A program made the translations under genes and the position numbers. Shown here in pieces: positions 1-13,051 of a stretch of DNA of 64,000 nucleotides; the stretch's first letter is position 1, and every line of letters begins with the position of its first letter. Location of the stretch: contig CM059432.1 in assembly GCA_030390025.1 (NCBI GenBank), positions 119,786,001 to 119,850,000 of the forward strand, in the 5' to 3' direction. The DNA is from Squalus acanthias (Eukaryota). The notes under the pieces were generated by a model. That model was not told where the DNA came from. It saw nothing but the letters and a program-made list of their open reading frames with translations, and made no database searches.

Positions 1-250
1 ACCCTGCAACCATGTTTCCGTAATCCCAATTAGATCATAATTATTAACCTCTAGTTCCACAGCTAATTCATCTACCTTGTTCCTGATGCTTCTCGCATTA
101 AGGTATAAAACCCTCAGGCTTTTTTTATGCTCACATTTTTTATGAATTAGTTTGGCCCTTTGTTTTTTGTTCCTCACCCTTTTACCATTTATTTCTGTCT
201 GCCTTTCACTTTCCTCTATTTCACTACATAGGTTTCTAGCCCCCTGCCAT
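1..250 (-). mobile_element. CR1 ORF2 N-terminus (APE endonuclease), continuing off the left edge
   Basis: Minus strand reads LRVLYLNARSIRNKVDEL...YDLIGITETWLQG. Confidence 0.85.
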
Positions 251-251
251 A

Positions 252-1199
252 CTAGTTTAAATGCTCCCGAACTGCTTTATCAAAAATTACCCCGAGAACA
301 TCAGTTCCATCTTTGCACAGGTGTAGACCGTCCCTTTTGTATAGGTCACACCTACCACAAAACTGGTTCCAATGCCTCAAAAATTTAAAACCCTCCCTCT
401 TACACCACTGCTCAAGCCACGTATTTAGCCTAACTATCCTGTTCTCTGTACTCTTACTAGCACGTGGCACTGGTAGTAATCCAGAGATTACTACCTTCGA
501 GGTCCTACTTTTTAGCTTGGCTCCTAACTCCCTAAATTCTACTTGTAGGACCTCTTCCCTTTTTTTAGCTACGTCGTTGGTACCAACATGTATCACGACA
601 ACTGGCTGTTCCCCCTCCCCTTCCAGAATGTTCTGCACCCGCGCCGAGACATCCTTGACCCTTGCACCAGGGAGGCAACATACCATCCTGGAGTCTCGGT
701 CGCGACCACAGAAACCCCTATCTATTCCCCTTACAATCGAATCCCCTATTACTATAGCCCTGCCACTCTTTTTCCCTCCCTTCTTTGCAACAGAGCCAGT
801 CATGGTGCCATGAGCCTGGCTGCTGGTGCCTTCCCCCGATGAGTCATCCCCCCCGACAACAGCACCTAAGGCGGTGAACCTGTTGCTAAGGGAGACAACC
901 CCAGGGGATTTCTGCACTACCTTCCTGCCCTTGCTCTGCCTTTTGGTCACCCATGTACTATCTACGCTGGCCTTAACCTGCGGTGTGACCAACTCACTAA
1001 ATGTGTTATCCACAACCCTCTCAGAATCATGGATGCTCCAAAGTGAGTCCATCCGCAGCTCAAGGGCCGTCATGCGGTCCCACATGAGCTGCAGCTGGAC
1101 ACACTTCCCGCACACATGGTTGTCAGGGACACAGGAAGCGTCCCTGATTTCCCACATGTTACAGGAGGAGCATGACACAGGTCCGAGCTCTACTGCCAT
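252..1199 (-). CDS. CR1 LINE ORF1p (N-terminal Cys/zinc finger + leucine zipper + SGNH esterase), intact 315 aa
   Basis: CSSC..CGKC, IVIGDSIVRG, HVGTND and DGLH motifs; uninterrupted ORF. Confidence 0.92.
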   Translation of the reverse strand: MAVELGPVSCSSCNMWEIRDASCVPDNHVCGKCVQLQLMWDRMTALELRMDSLWSIHDSERVVDNTFSELVTPQVKASVDSTWVTKRQSKGRKVVQKSPGVVSLSNRFTALGAVVGGDDSSGEGTSSQAHGTMTGSVAKKGGKKSGRAIVIGDSIVRGIDRGFCGRDRDSRMVCCLPGARVKDVSARVQNILEGEGEQPVVVIHVGTNDVAKKREEVLQVEFRELGAKLKSRTSKVVISGLLPVPRASKSTENRIVRLNTWLEQWCKREGFKFLRHWNQFCGRCDLYKRDGLHLCKDGTDVLGVIFDKAVREHLN

Positions 1200-1641
1200 G
1201 ACTTAACCCTTATATTACTTTTTAATTTTCTAGTTTTAGTTTATTTATTGACTATTGTTTTCCCGAAGCTTACTTAGACCAATGTATACTGTACTCCTCT
1301 TATTCCTTTTTAAACTAACCAAATCCCACTAGTTTTAGTTTTACTTTCTAGGAAGGTTTGAGGAAAGTACTTACCAGTTAGTCTTACCTCCCTGGTCTTT
1401 CGCTGACTTCCCGGTCTTGTGTCCCCTTGGTCCTACGCCGACTTCCCACTCCTCCCGGTTCCTGCCCTGCTGAAAAGAAACTGAGACCAAAAAATTTTTG
1501 ACCTCTGTTTTTAGACTGCTAAAAGACTAGTAGGTTAGAGGAGGAGGGCGGGTGGGGGTTCCTACTCTGTAGGAACTCGGGTTTAAGCCACCACCCTCCT
1601 TAAAAGCCGTTCACCTGGGTGCTTCCCACCTGGTCCGCTTC

Positions 1642-2746
1642 CGGTCTCGTCGCTCCCGACAACAGCCTGTGAAGAAAAGCCCGCGAAAGTGAGTTCAAAT
1701 ACTCACAGCACCTCTGGTCTCGTCGCTCCCGACAACAGCCTGTGAAGAAAAGCCCGCGAAAGTGAGTTCAAATACTCACAGCACCTCACAGCACCTCTGG
1801 TCTCGTCGCTCCCGACAACAGCCTGTGAAGAAAAGCCCGCGAAAGTGAGTTCAAATACTCACAGCACCTCTGGTCTCGTCGCTCCCGACAACAGCCTGTG
1901 AAGAAAAGCCCGCGAAAGTGAGTTCAAATACTCACAGCACCTCACAGCACCTCTGGTCTCGTCGCTCCCGACAACAGCCTGTGAAGAAAAGCCCGCAAAA
2001 GTGAGTTCAAATACTCACAGCACCTCTGGTCTCGTCGCTCCCGACAACAGCCTGTGAAGAAAAGCCCGCGAAAGTGAGTTCAAATACTCACAGCACCTCA
2101 CAGCACCTCTGGTCTCGTCGCTCCCGACAACAGCCTGTGAAGAAAAGCCCGCGAAAGTGAGTTCAAATACTCACAGCACCTCTGGTCTCGTCGCTCCCGA
2201 CAACAGCCTGTGAAGAAAAGCCCGCGAAAGTGAGTTCAAATACTCACAGCACCTCACAGCACCTCTGGTCTCGTCGCTCCCGACAACATCCTGTGAAGAA
2301 AAGCCCGCGAAAGTGAGTTCAAATACTCACAGCACCTCTGGTCTCGTCGCTCCCGACAACAGCCTGTGAAGAAAAGCCCGCGAAAGTGAGTTCAAATACT
2401 CACAGCACCTCACAGCACCTCTGGTCTCGTCGCTCCCGACAACAGCCTGTGAAGAAAAGCCCGCGAAAGTGAGTTCAAATACTCACAGCACCTCTGGTCT
2501 CGTCGCTCCCGACAACAGCCTGTGAAGAAAAGCCCGCGAAAGTGAGTTCAAATACTCACAGCACCTCACAGCACCTCTAGTCTCGTCGCTCCCGACAACA
2601 GCCTGTGAAGAAAAGCCCGCGAAAGTGAGTTCAAATACTCACAGCACCTCTGGTCTCGTCGCTCCCGACAACAGCCTGTGAAGAAAAGCCCGCGAAAGTG
2701 AGTTCAAATACTCACAGCACCTCACAGCACCTCTGGTCTCGTCGCT
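1642..2746 (-). repeat. Tandem array at the 5' end of the CR1: ~14 monomers alternating 73 and 83 bp (156-bp dimer x7)
   Basis: CTCTGGTCTC monomer starts at 1712, 1795, 1868, 1951, 2024, 2107, 2180, 2263, 2336, 2419, 2492, 2575, 2648, 2731; the 83-mer has an extra CTCACAGCAC. Confidence 0.97.
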
Positions 2747-5242
2747 TCCTCTTCCTTCTCATTCTCTCATCTCCCTCGTCCTCTTCCTGAGGTGGTCCCG
2801 CAATCCCTGCTAACAAGGGCTGCGCCCTCAGATGGCCATGTTGTGGAGAATGCAGACCACCATGAAATGGGACACCCACTCTGCCGACTACAGGAGGACT
2901 CCTCCCAAGTGGTCAAGGCAGCGGAAGTGTTGCTTCAGCAGCCCAATGGTTTGCTTTATGACGTCCCTGATAGCAGCATGGCTCTGATTATATGAGTGCT
3001 GGACACGAGTGTTGAGGTTGTGGAGGGGAGTCATCAGCCAGGATGAAGGCATCATGACTGCTGCCAGGATAGCGGGCATTGAGCATCAGGATGCGTTGGG
3101 CGTGGTCGCACAACAAGTCCACATTAAGTGAGTGGTAGCCTTTGCGGTTACGGAACATCTCAGGATTGTTGTGCGGCGCCCGCAAAGCCACGTGTGTGCA
3201 GTCGATGGCTCCCTGCAGCATGGAGAAGCCTGATATCCTGGCAAAGCCACATGCGCGCTCCTCCTGATTCTCTCTGTTCTGAGGGAAAACAATATAGTCC
3301 CTTCTCTTGATGTAGAGAGTCTCTGTGATCTCACGAATGCAGCAAAGGACAGCGAACTGGGAGATGTCTCCTGCTACAGACTGGGAGGATCTGCTGGCGA
3401 AGAAATTGAGTGTCATGGTGACCTTGAGGGCTACTGGGAGAGCCGTGCTCACCCTGCTCTGAGGCTCCAGTCTGGTTGCAGGAGATGACAGAGTTCTGTG
3501 ATGACCTCCTAGGTGAAGCGGAGCCTCCTAATACACTGCTCCTCACTTAAGTGGAGGTAGGAGAAGGGCTCTCTGAAGACCCTATTTGGGTAAGGTGTCC
3601 TGCTGAGAGCCCTCCTGGCCCTCCTCCTCCTCCCTCTGTGAACATCTTCTCCTCTTCTTCGCTGCAGTCGCTCCCTCTCCCTAAGATATTCAAGCACAAG
3701 AGGGACTGCCAGTAGAGCCCCCATGACTGGGAGCAAGTGTTGCGTGCAGAAGCTTTTGACTAAGATTGAAGGCATTCTCCACTTGCACCAACACTCCCTG
3801 ACACCTTAGGATCTTGAAAGAAGTTTAGAAAGTTGCTCGAGTTGCAGAAAGTTCCAAGAGCCATTCAAACTAAACAAACATATCAGGAGCAAATAGTTGC
3901 TGATGATCCCTTTCAATAACGCTGCTGGAGCCTCCTTCTTGCATGTCAATGCTTGGTCAGTTTTTTTTTATTCGCTTATGGGATCTGGGCGGCGCTGGCA
4001 AAGCCAACATTTATTGCCCATCCCTAGTTGCCCTTGAGAAGGTGGTGGTGAGCCACCTTCTTGAACCGTTGCAGTCCGTGTGGTGAAGGTACTCCCACAG
4101 TGCTGTTGGGTAGGGAGTTCCAGGATTTTGACCTAACGACGATGAAGGATCGGTGATATACTTCTAAGTCAGGATGGTGTGTGACTTGGAGGGGAACTTG
4201 GAGGTGGTGGTGTTCCCATGCACCTGCTGCCCTTGTCCTTCTAGGTAGAAGAGGTCGCAGGTTTGAGAGGTGCTGCCGAAGAAGCCTTGGTGAGTTGCTG
4301 CAGTGCATCATGTAGATGGTACACACTGCAGCCATGGTACGCCGGTGGTGGAGGGAGTGAATGTTTAAGGTGGTAGATGGGGTGCCAATCAAGCGGGCTG
4401 CTTTGTCCTGGATGGTGTCGAGCTTCTTCAGTGTTGTTGCAGCTGCACTCATCCAGGCAAGTGGAGAGTATTCCATCACACTCTTTACTTGTGCCTTGTA
4501 GATGGTGGAAAGGCTTTGGGGAGTCAGGAGGTGAGACACTCGCGGCAGAATTCCTAGCAACTGACCTGCTCTTGTTGCCACAGTATTTATGTGGCTCGTT
4601 CAGTTTCGTTTCTGGTCAATGGTAACCCCCAGGATGTTGATGGTGGGGGATTCAGTGATGGTAATGCCGTTGAATATCAAGGGGAGGTGGTTAGACTCTC
4701 GCTTGTTGGAGATAGTCATTGCCTGGCACTTCTGTGGCATGAATGTTACCTGCCACTTATCAGCCCAAGCCTGAACGTCGTCCAGGTCTTGTTGCATGCG
4801 GGCATGGACTGCTTCATTACCTGAGGAGTTGTGAATGGCGCTGAACACTGTGCAGTCATCAGCGAACATCCCCATTTCTGACCTTATGTTGGAGGGAAGG
4901 TCATTGATGAAGCAGCTGAAGATGGTTGTGACTAAGACACTGCCCTGAGGAACTCCTGCAGCGATGTCCTGTCAGTTGGCCGTAATTAAGAGAGGCTGGT
5001 AAGTTGACTGGCGCACTCCAAAATAGCAGATCGGCGTCAGCTGAGCATTGCACATTCACTGACGTCACAACCTGCATAATCTCTATATCGCTAGCAATCA
5101 CGGACATCAGCAGCACTGCAGCCCAGCCAACAACGGTGGCCACCATGGGACCCACCGGCAGTGGGCAGAAGTGAGGCTGCTGCCATTTTCTTTGCTGAAA
5201 CGGGACTTAATGGCCAACACTAAAACTTCCAATTTCTAGGCC
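2747..5242 (-). mobile_element. Harbinger/PIF transposon copy A: degenerate transposase (~3724 to 2747), cut by the CR1 in its acidic tail
   Basis: QGAIDCTHV, FRNRKGYHSLNV, YPGSSHDAFI motifs; terminal AATTTCTAGGCC at 5231-5242. Confidence 0.9.
3963..4970 (-). mobile_element. 5'-truncated CR1-group LINE (RT C-terminus) nested in Harbinger A
   Basis: MFADDCTV and YKAQVKSVMEYSPLAW; A-tail at left; GTCAGTT duplicated at 3956-3962 and 4971-4977. Confidence 0.88.
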
Positions 5243-6295
5243 ACAGAGTAGAAATAAATGGGTCATTATCGGGTTGCCCAGCTGTAACTAGTGGGGTACC
5301 GCAAGCTATTCACAATCTATATCAATGAGTTGGATGAGGGGACCAAATGTAACATATCCAAGTTTGCTGATGATACAAAGCGAGGTGGGAAAGTAACCTG
5401 TGAGGAGGATGCAAAAAGGCTTCAAGGGGATATAGACAAGTTAAGTGAGTGGGCAAGAACATGGCAGATGGAATATAATGTGGAGATATGTGAGTTTATT
5501 CAATTTGGTAGGAAAAATAGAAAAGCAGAATATTTTTTAAATGGTGAGAGATTGGGAAATGTTGGTATTCAGAGGGACCTAGGTGTCCTTGTACACGAAT
5601 CATTGAAAGTTAACATGCAGGTACAGCGAGCAATTAGGAAAGCAAATGATATGTTAGACTTTATTACAAATGAATTGGAGTGTAAGAGTAAAGAAGTCTT
5701 AATGCAATTATAGAGGGTCCAGGTGAGATCACACCTGGAGTATTGTGTACAGTTTTGGTCTCCTTACCTAAGGAAGGATAAATTTCCTTAAAGGGAGTGC
5801 AACAAAGGTTCACCAGACTGACTCCTGGGATAAGGGAATTGTCTTAAGAGGAGAGATTGAGTAGACTAGGCCTATATTCACTAGAATTTAGAAGAATGAG
5901 AGGTGATCTCATTGAAACATAAAATTCTTAAATGGCTTGACAGGGTAGATGCAGGGAAGATGTTTCCCCTGGCTGGGGAGTCTCGAACTAGGGGTCACAG
6001 TCTTAGAATAAGGGTTGGCCATTTAGGACTGAGATGAGGAGAAATTTCTTCACTCAAAGGGTTATGAATCTTTGGAATTCTCTACCCCAGAGGGCTGTGG
6101 ATGTTCAGATGTTGAGTATATTCAAGACAGAGATCAATAGATTTTTGGATGTTAAGGGAATCAAGGGATATGGAGTAATGCAGGAAGGAGGAGATGAGGT
6201 AAAAGATCAGCCCAAATCTTATTGAATGGCGGTGCAGACTCGAAGGGCTGAATGGCCCACTGCTGCTCCTATTTCTTACGTTCTTATGTTCTTAT
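5243..6295 (+). mobile_element. CR1 (HER1-like) LINE 3' portion, degenerate
   Basis: ISKFADDTK, QRDLGVLV, RNFFTQRV; (TTCTTATG)-like 3' tail. Confidence 0.9.
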
Positions 6296-6449
6296 GCAAC
6301 TTGAAGACTAGGACATCTTCTGCATTTATGGCTCATGACAGACATAGACAGAAGCAGAGCACAATTAAAATCAAGCTCATTTTGCAATCAGGTTGATTTT
6401 AAAAGTATTTCAACTATCTTGCCCAATTGGAGGGTCGCTTGCATTAAAA

Positions 6450-7200
6450 AAGAAAGAACTTGCATTTATATAGCAGCTTATCACATCTCTCAGGAATGTT
6501 CCAAAGTACTTCAAATAAAATGAATTGCTGTGAAGTACAGTTGTTGTGTTATGTGGATGTAAACAGACAGATTTTTGCAAGATAAGGGAGTGAAGGGTTA
6601 TGGGGAGCGGGCAAGGAAGTGTCTTTGAGCCCAAGATCAGCCATGATCTTATTGAATGGTGGAGCAGGCTCGAGGGGCCAAGTGGCCTATTCCTGCTCCT
6701 ATATCTTATGTTCTTGTGAACCAGGTGGCCATTTTGTACACAGCAATAGCCCACAAACTGCAATGAAATTAATCTATTTTGATCAAGATAGATGTGATTG
6801 GGAGAAGAATGTTGGGAAGGAAAACTATTGACATTGCTCTCATCGTGTACAGACAGTCATCCCAGAGCACTTTACAGAGCAATGAGAGGACACCAAGCAG
6901 GTGGGAGAAAGGGAAGAGGGTCAGGAGGGGGAAGAAATACAGTTAAAGAGAAGTGTTTTTGGGAGACTTTTGAAGGTAGGTGACAATGCAAACAGTATGA
7001 GAGAGGGAGGAGAGTCGGAGAACTCCATGTTTTTCGTCAAATACTGCTATGGGATCTTTCACGTCCAGCTGAACAGGTAGAGCCTCAATTTGACATCTCA
7101 TCCTAAAGACTGAACCTAGAGGTGTCGGCATAGATTTTCTGCTCACCTCGGATAATGGGACTTGAACCTTCTGACTCAGAACAAGAGTGCTACTAACTTA
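6450..7200 (-). mobile_element. tRNA-derived DeuSINE (SacSINE1-like) with a nested CR1 3' fragment (~6565-6715)
   Basis: GGGACTTGAACC B-box-like head at right, L2-like CTTGCATTTATATAGC tail at left; related fragments at ~26450-26725 (+) and ~59460-59740 (-). Confidence 0.6.
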
Positions 7201-7231
7201 GTTAAGTTGCGACTATCTTTGCTCTGCATAG

Positions 7232-7359
7232 ATGCTTCACAATGGAGAAAGAACAGAATGATGGCAGAACAAGAGGGTTTGCGTGTGAACCAAGAAGTAG
7301 CTGTAGAACCACCAGTGAAGTATGGAAGACTAGTGGACATTAGTCCAAGATGCCTTCCA
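7232..7359 (+). other. Candidate host exon (unidentified)
   Basis: CTTTGCTCTGCATAG acceptor, CCA|GTAAGT donor, one open frame (..MMAEQEGLRVNQEVAVEPPVKYGRLVDISPRCLP) in non-repeat DNA. Confidence 0.25.
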
Positions 7360-7597
7360 GTAAGTACTAATGCTGACGTGCTGAAAAGTGGTGCACTTCA
7401 TGACAAGAAACTGTGCAATCCACATCCTTTCCCATACTAATTTTCCAGCTTTGTGCTCTCCAGTGTATCTCAGACACTGACACCACACTTCTGAAATTCT
7501 GGTGCAAAGTCAGAAAATTAGTCTTTAGGCCTGGTCCCCTATCACCCATCCTTGACCACCTCCATTGGCTCCCCTTACCTCAAAACACTGAATTCAA

Positions 7598-8340
7598 GGG
7601 GGTCGAAATTCAGCTCCTTTGCACCTGCCATTAATGCCTCCGGGGGCGCTAACAGGGCGCAAAGGGCTTACCGCCCAGGCAGGGGCACTAATAGCGCCTG
7701 CCGAGAAATTCGGTGGGGCACTACTGAGGCGCTAGCCGATAGCGGCGGTAGCGCCCCGGGCAGCTGCGACGCCGGCGATGACATCATCGGCGAGCGACGT
7801 GACCCCTTAGTGCCCCGCCGCGGCCCCTGACCGCCCCGTGGCTGAAATTCGGCTGTGCCCCGTGAGGCCAGCCACAGCCTCGCGGGTCGCGAATCAGGCT
7901 ACACACCGCTGGCGGGGCAGTAATTAAAGGGGTGGTCTGGCTGCGCCCTGCGCCGCCATTTTATTCTTTTGGCCAACCTCCAGGTTGGCCCCTCGTGGCG
8001 GCCCTTGGTGTGGTCCATGGCCACCATCGCGCAGCCTGGCACCACATCTCTGGTGGGCTAGTGGAGGCCACCAAACAGCCTGCAGAGCTCACAGTGTCCC
8101 TCCACTTTAACGAAAGGGGAGGGGCGGTGAAACAGCACAGCGCTACACGGAGCGGCCGCGTAGCACTCCGCGCTACTGTGCCCCGACAGGAAGTGGAGCA
8201 CCCGAGATAGCGCTCCTCTTCCTCGCTGGGGCGGTAAGCCCAATTTAGCAGCCGGGGCGGTACTCCCATGTCGGGCGCTAAATGTCTGGCACTAATTCGG
8301 TTACCATCCCCAAACGGTGCGTAACCGAATTTCGCCCCCT
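7598..8340. mobile_element. Non-autonomous Harbinger-type MITE, GC/CpG-rich
   Basis: Termini GGGGGTCGAAATT / AATTTCGCCCCCT; CAA on both flanks. Confidence 0.7.
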
Positions 8341-8439
8341 CAAGTCTTTTATGGTTAATGATTTACCCAGGCTGGGACTTGGTCTCTCCAGCAACCAAAT
8401 CTTTTATTGGTTAATGATTTACCCAGCCTGGGACTCTGA

Positions 8440-9152
8440 GGGCTAGAAATTGCGTAGCACCCCATTTGGGGCGATAACTTTTGAAGAAGCACAAAAGTAT
8501 CACCAGGCGATAATCCTTTTTTCATCCCAGGAACTTCCGCTTTAGCGCTCCAAGAGGGAAGTGGAGCACTAAATCAAGCGCTATCACTTCCCTTAGAGCG
8601 CTAGAGTGAGTGAGAGGGGCGGCAGCGGCAGAGCGCTGCTCAATGTTCAGTGCAGTGCTTCTGACTTTAGAGGTTCCTTCCCTCACTTAAAGGGAAGGGC
8701 CAATAATGGGTTCAATCACTCTTCAGGCTGTCTCTGTGGGGCCACGAGACCTGCACTATGTGCATAACAGCCCCCAGCACTCTAAGAGAGTGCAGGGCTG
8801 AGGAATAGCAGCGTCAAAAGAAATCAGAGGCACCAGACTGGGGAGAGAAATAAATTTTGCCCTACCTAACCATCACTGCCTTTAAATATCACTCCCAAGC
8901 AGCCAGCCGAGGTGACAATGCCTCCTGTTGCTGCCGTTGCTGACGCCCGGCGATGTTGCAGGGGGCGGGAGCAAATATAACCTCCAGGGTGCTAATGGGG
9001 TGCTGCGCACTGGATGGCATCACGATCTAAGTGTTAGCGCTCCACTTCCTTCCTAGAGCGCTAAAACCCAATTTTTTAAAAGCTGGGAATCATTAGCGCC
9101 TGGCTTTCAAAAGTTACCGCCCCCAAACGGGGTGATGCTGAATTTCTCCCCC
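8440..9152. mobile_element. Harbinger-type MITE (related to 55782-56678)
   Basis: GGGCTAGAAATT / AATTTCTCCCCC termini; shared subterminal CACCCCATTTGGGGCG; no clean TSD. Confidence 0.65.
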
Positions 9153-10236
9153 AAGATCTTTGTCCCGTACACTTGGCTCATCTGCCACCTTGCCCACTTG
9201 TCTGGTGCTCTTATGCCCCCTACTTTTACAATTAATACTGTGCACACAGGTTGGCATACACACTTCATAGCTGCATCTTTCTCATGCATAAGTATCTTTT
9301 TGATTTGTTGAACTGGTTTTCTTATGCCAACACTGTGCTTGTTAAAATATTCATATGGGCTTTCATGGAGAAACAGGAAGTGGTGACAAGAGTGGCAGGG
9401 CTGACTTTCCTGTAAACACACTTATAGCAGGTAATTTTCAGACGTCTTGAATTACTTTGGCAAATTCCTTGAGATCTGTCATTTTGTTCCTTGCCTTCTG
9501 CCAGATCCTGCAGGTTGTGGAAATAGCATTGACATACTCTGTGATTTATTTCAATGTCGGCTACTACACAGTTCTATTTTCATTCTTCCTGATTGTAAAT
9601 CAAAAATCCCAGAGTCTTGTTGTTTCAAATAATGAGTGTAGGGTAGGTTATCCAAGCCTTCATATGTCACAAAGTACCTTCTACCTCACAAGTGCATATT
9701 GGAAAATCATGGGCCTGATGGACAGAAAATCTCAGGTCTGCAGACCGCAAGTTTTAGTCCATTGAGACTGAGATTTTCCAAAGCACAATTGCAGTGTCTA
9801 ATGTCTTTAGCACCATAAATTACCATGATGGTGAATTATGCTGGACAATTTGCCACTCTACTTAACTTCTGACAGCTTCCTGCTCTTTGGAGCTGAATTA
9901 ATGTCCTTGACTATTAAGTGACCTTCACGCTACTGTTAAGTGGCTGTTAACCAGTTGAGTGGCACAAAATCAGCCATATTGGGGTTGAAATTAGTCTTGG
10001 GTGGTAATGCAAAATGGGCAATAATGAATCTGCAACCCATTTTATGCCTGCCCGATTTACTTTTCCTTTTGGAAAAGAAAATCAGGTGGAGTGTAAAATG
10101 GGCTGCCAATTCACTATCGCCATTTTGCGCTATCACCCAAGTCCGATTGTGCCCACATTGTGCCTAATTCCTCATTGTCCAATTTCTACCATAAGGTTAA
10201 GAAATCAGAAAGAGCAAATGTACCCAGTGGAAAACT

Positions 10237-11708
10237 TGAAGGGATAATTACAAGTCCTAGCCCTTTTCGGGCTACCCCAGATCAGGCGTATTCCCCAGAC
10301 GTTCACCTTCAACTAAAGTTAAAGATAGCCGAATTCTATAAGACTCTTAATTGGGTTTAAAGGTCAGACTACCTCTCCCTAAAGGAAAGGAACGACGTGA
10401 AGATGATACTGTCCTCCGGATAGCACTTCTAATAAGTTTAACTAGACTGTAACCTTTCAGATATTATGAGGGTCCAGAATACCCCCCAGAATTCTGCAAC
10501 TCCTTTGAGTATACAGAAATTGAGTTTGCGAGTTTATACAGAAATACTCTATGAGACAATTCTAAAAATATATAGATTTATTAAAGAACCAACATTTAGT
10601 TAACAGTTGGTAAGTCAATTGCAACTTTAACAGTTCAAAATACAAATAGCTTACAATTCTATTCTCAGAGATCCTTATTCTCAAATCTAAACTTCATTAC
10701 ATTTCCACACTTCTACTTATTTCTTAATCCAGAATAACCACCAAAATTAAATACCTTGATTACCCGAGACTCAGAGTTAAAAACTTACAGAGCGTGCCTG
10801 TGAAGTTGAGAAATGCTTGCCCTTCCAGCGATTTCTGACTTTTCATCTGAAAAGCTCTTATTTTACTACTCTTTTTTTAGTGGTTTATTCTTTGATGTAT
10901 TCTGCTGATGTAAGCTAATTGTCTCTAGTGATACTCTATTGAATTGTTTTCTATTCTTACTGTCATTTCAGCTGCCAACTCTTAGAATTCTGTCTCTACC
11001 TTTAGGTGTTTCAAAAACTTATAATTTTTATGGTTATTATCAATGTATCTATTTGAAGTCTTTCTATTGAATTTCTAAATCACCTCTGCTGTTTGTAGCA
11101 CAGACTCCTGTCTCCTTATGTTCCAAGTTTAACACATAAACAATGTAATTGCTTGGTGTCATCTATTGATGTAATATCTACAAAGTCTCTCTGTGGGTAC
11201 TTTTTACAATTTGTCATTCAAAAACACTTTATCTGGGGTGTTCTTTGCATTTCTTATTTACTTAAATTGGTTATATAAGAACCATGTCTCCTTGTTCTAA
11301 GTTTAACATAAAACTATTTTACAGCAGGTATTTCTTTTACTTGATGTCATTTTTTCAAAGGCACTTGTTTTTTTTAATGTTCTGTGCACCTGTTCGACGT
11401 GTTAGATTTTGACACTTTACTTGGGTCATTCCATTGTGTTGGTTCCAATGTTCAGACATAGAGGAACCTCCAGCCTACTGTTTCAATAGGGCCTTGTCTT
11501 TGTATTTACAAACATTTCCCATTTCAAAGCTTGTGGTGTTTTACAGCTTTGTGTTAACAAACCATCTTATCTCAGAAACCTGTATTTCTGTTTTACGGCT
11601 TTTGTCGTTGAGGCTTTTAGATTTTTAACCCCAGCTTGTCATGTTTTAATATTATCAAATCTGTTTATAGGATGATGTATTTCTTGGAATATGGCTATTT
11701 CCTTCACA
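10237..11708 (-). mobile_element. Solo LTR (1472 bp) of the foamy-like ERV family
   Basis: TGAAGGGA...CCTTCACA; 4-bp TSD AACT (10233-10236, 11709-11712); homologous to 22023-23550 and 49793-51241. Confidence 0.9.
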
Positions 11709-11949
11709 AACTGAAGTAATTAGTATTTCGATTCAGCGCTGTTAAAATAAATAAAAAGTGGCAAGATTAACACCTTGGTTTCTAAAAGTGAAAAAGGTCC
11801 CCCACTGTTGCAATTCTACCATCTGGTAACTTTTATCTGTATCCTGAGGTGAAATATTTTTATGTGCAAACAGAACATTACTTAGTGATTCACTCTTATC
11901 TTCTTAGCAGAATTCACCCAAAATCAAAACAGAAAATGATGGAAATGCA

Positions 11950-13051
11950 CAACAGATCCATCAGCAAATATGTCTCTCTCCTCTTCACTACCAACATTTT
12001 CTTAAACCCCTCTCCCCTGCTTCCTCCACACTCACCTCCAACAACAAGTGCGAGAAGCTCATGGTCCTCTTTGTCACTAAGATTGACTCCATCTATTCAG
12101 CTGCCTCTGCCGCTTCCCTCCTTCCCCTAGCCCACCAATCCAAACCTTGCCCAAGGTTCCCTCCTGCCCTAGCTCTGAACTTGCATCTTTCTCTAGTTTC
12201 TCTCCTATCTCCCCTCATGGTCTCTCTGAGCTCAGCTTGTCCATGAAACCCACCTCCTGATCCCTTGCCCCTATTTCTACCAAACTGCTGACCACCAAAC
12301 TTCTCTTCCTGGTCCCCATGTTAGCTGATATTGTTAATGGTTCCCTCTCCTCAGGTACTGTCCCCCTACCTTTCAAATCTGCCTTCATCAGCCGCTCCTC
12401 AAAAAAACACCCTTGACCCTCTGTACTTGGAAACTACTGCCCCATCTGTAAACTCTCTTTCCTCTCCAAAGTACTTGAACGTGTTGTCATCACCCAGACC
12501 TGTGCTCACCTTTTGCACAACTCCATATTTGAGAAACTCCAATCAGATTTCCTCCCTTGCCACAGCACTGAATCAGCCCTTATCAAAGTCACAAATGACA
12601 TCCTATGTGACTGTGACCATGGTGAAGTATCCCTCCTCATCCTTCTTGACCTGTCTGCAGCCTTGACCACAGTATTCTCCTCTAATGACTCTCCTCCGTT
12701 GTAGAGCTGGGAGGGATTGCGCTCACCTGGTTCCATTCCTATCTATCCAGTCACAGCCAGCGATGTTCCCTGTAATGGCTTCTCTTCCCTCTCCTGCACC
12801 ATTACCTTTGGAGTCCCCCAAGGATCTATCCTTGGCCCCGTCCTATTTCTCATCTACATGCTGCCTTTCGCCGATATTATCCAAAGACACACTGTCAGGT
12901 TCCACATGTATGCTGATGACCTCCAGCTCTACCTCACCACCACCTCTCTTGACTCCTCCACTGTCACTGACTTTTCACACTGCTTGTCCAACAGGCAGTA
13001 TTAATGAGCAGAAGTTTCCTCCAATTAAATATTGGGCAGACTAAAGCCACT
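11950..13051 (+). mobile_element. L2 LINE RT region (resumes at 25465)
   Basis: [34 protein letters not shown]. Confidence 0.88.

Noticed and set aside
313..1206. Numerous 60-170 aa ORFs antisense to TE genes (here and throughout)
   Set aside because: Shadow frames of LINE, Harbinger and Penelope coding sequence.
1642..2746. CRISPR-like appearance
   Set aside because: No unique spacers, no cas genes, eukaryotic context.
8346..8436. ~33-bp direct repeat between two MITEs
   Set aside because: Small local duplication without further structure.
9447..9632. Cys-rich ORF ending IPESCC (tetraspanin-like motif)
   Set aside because: Stop codon follows immediately and no other tetraspanin features are present.
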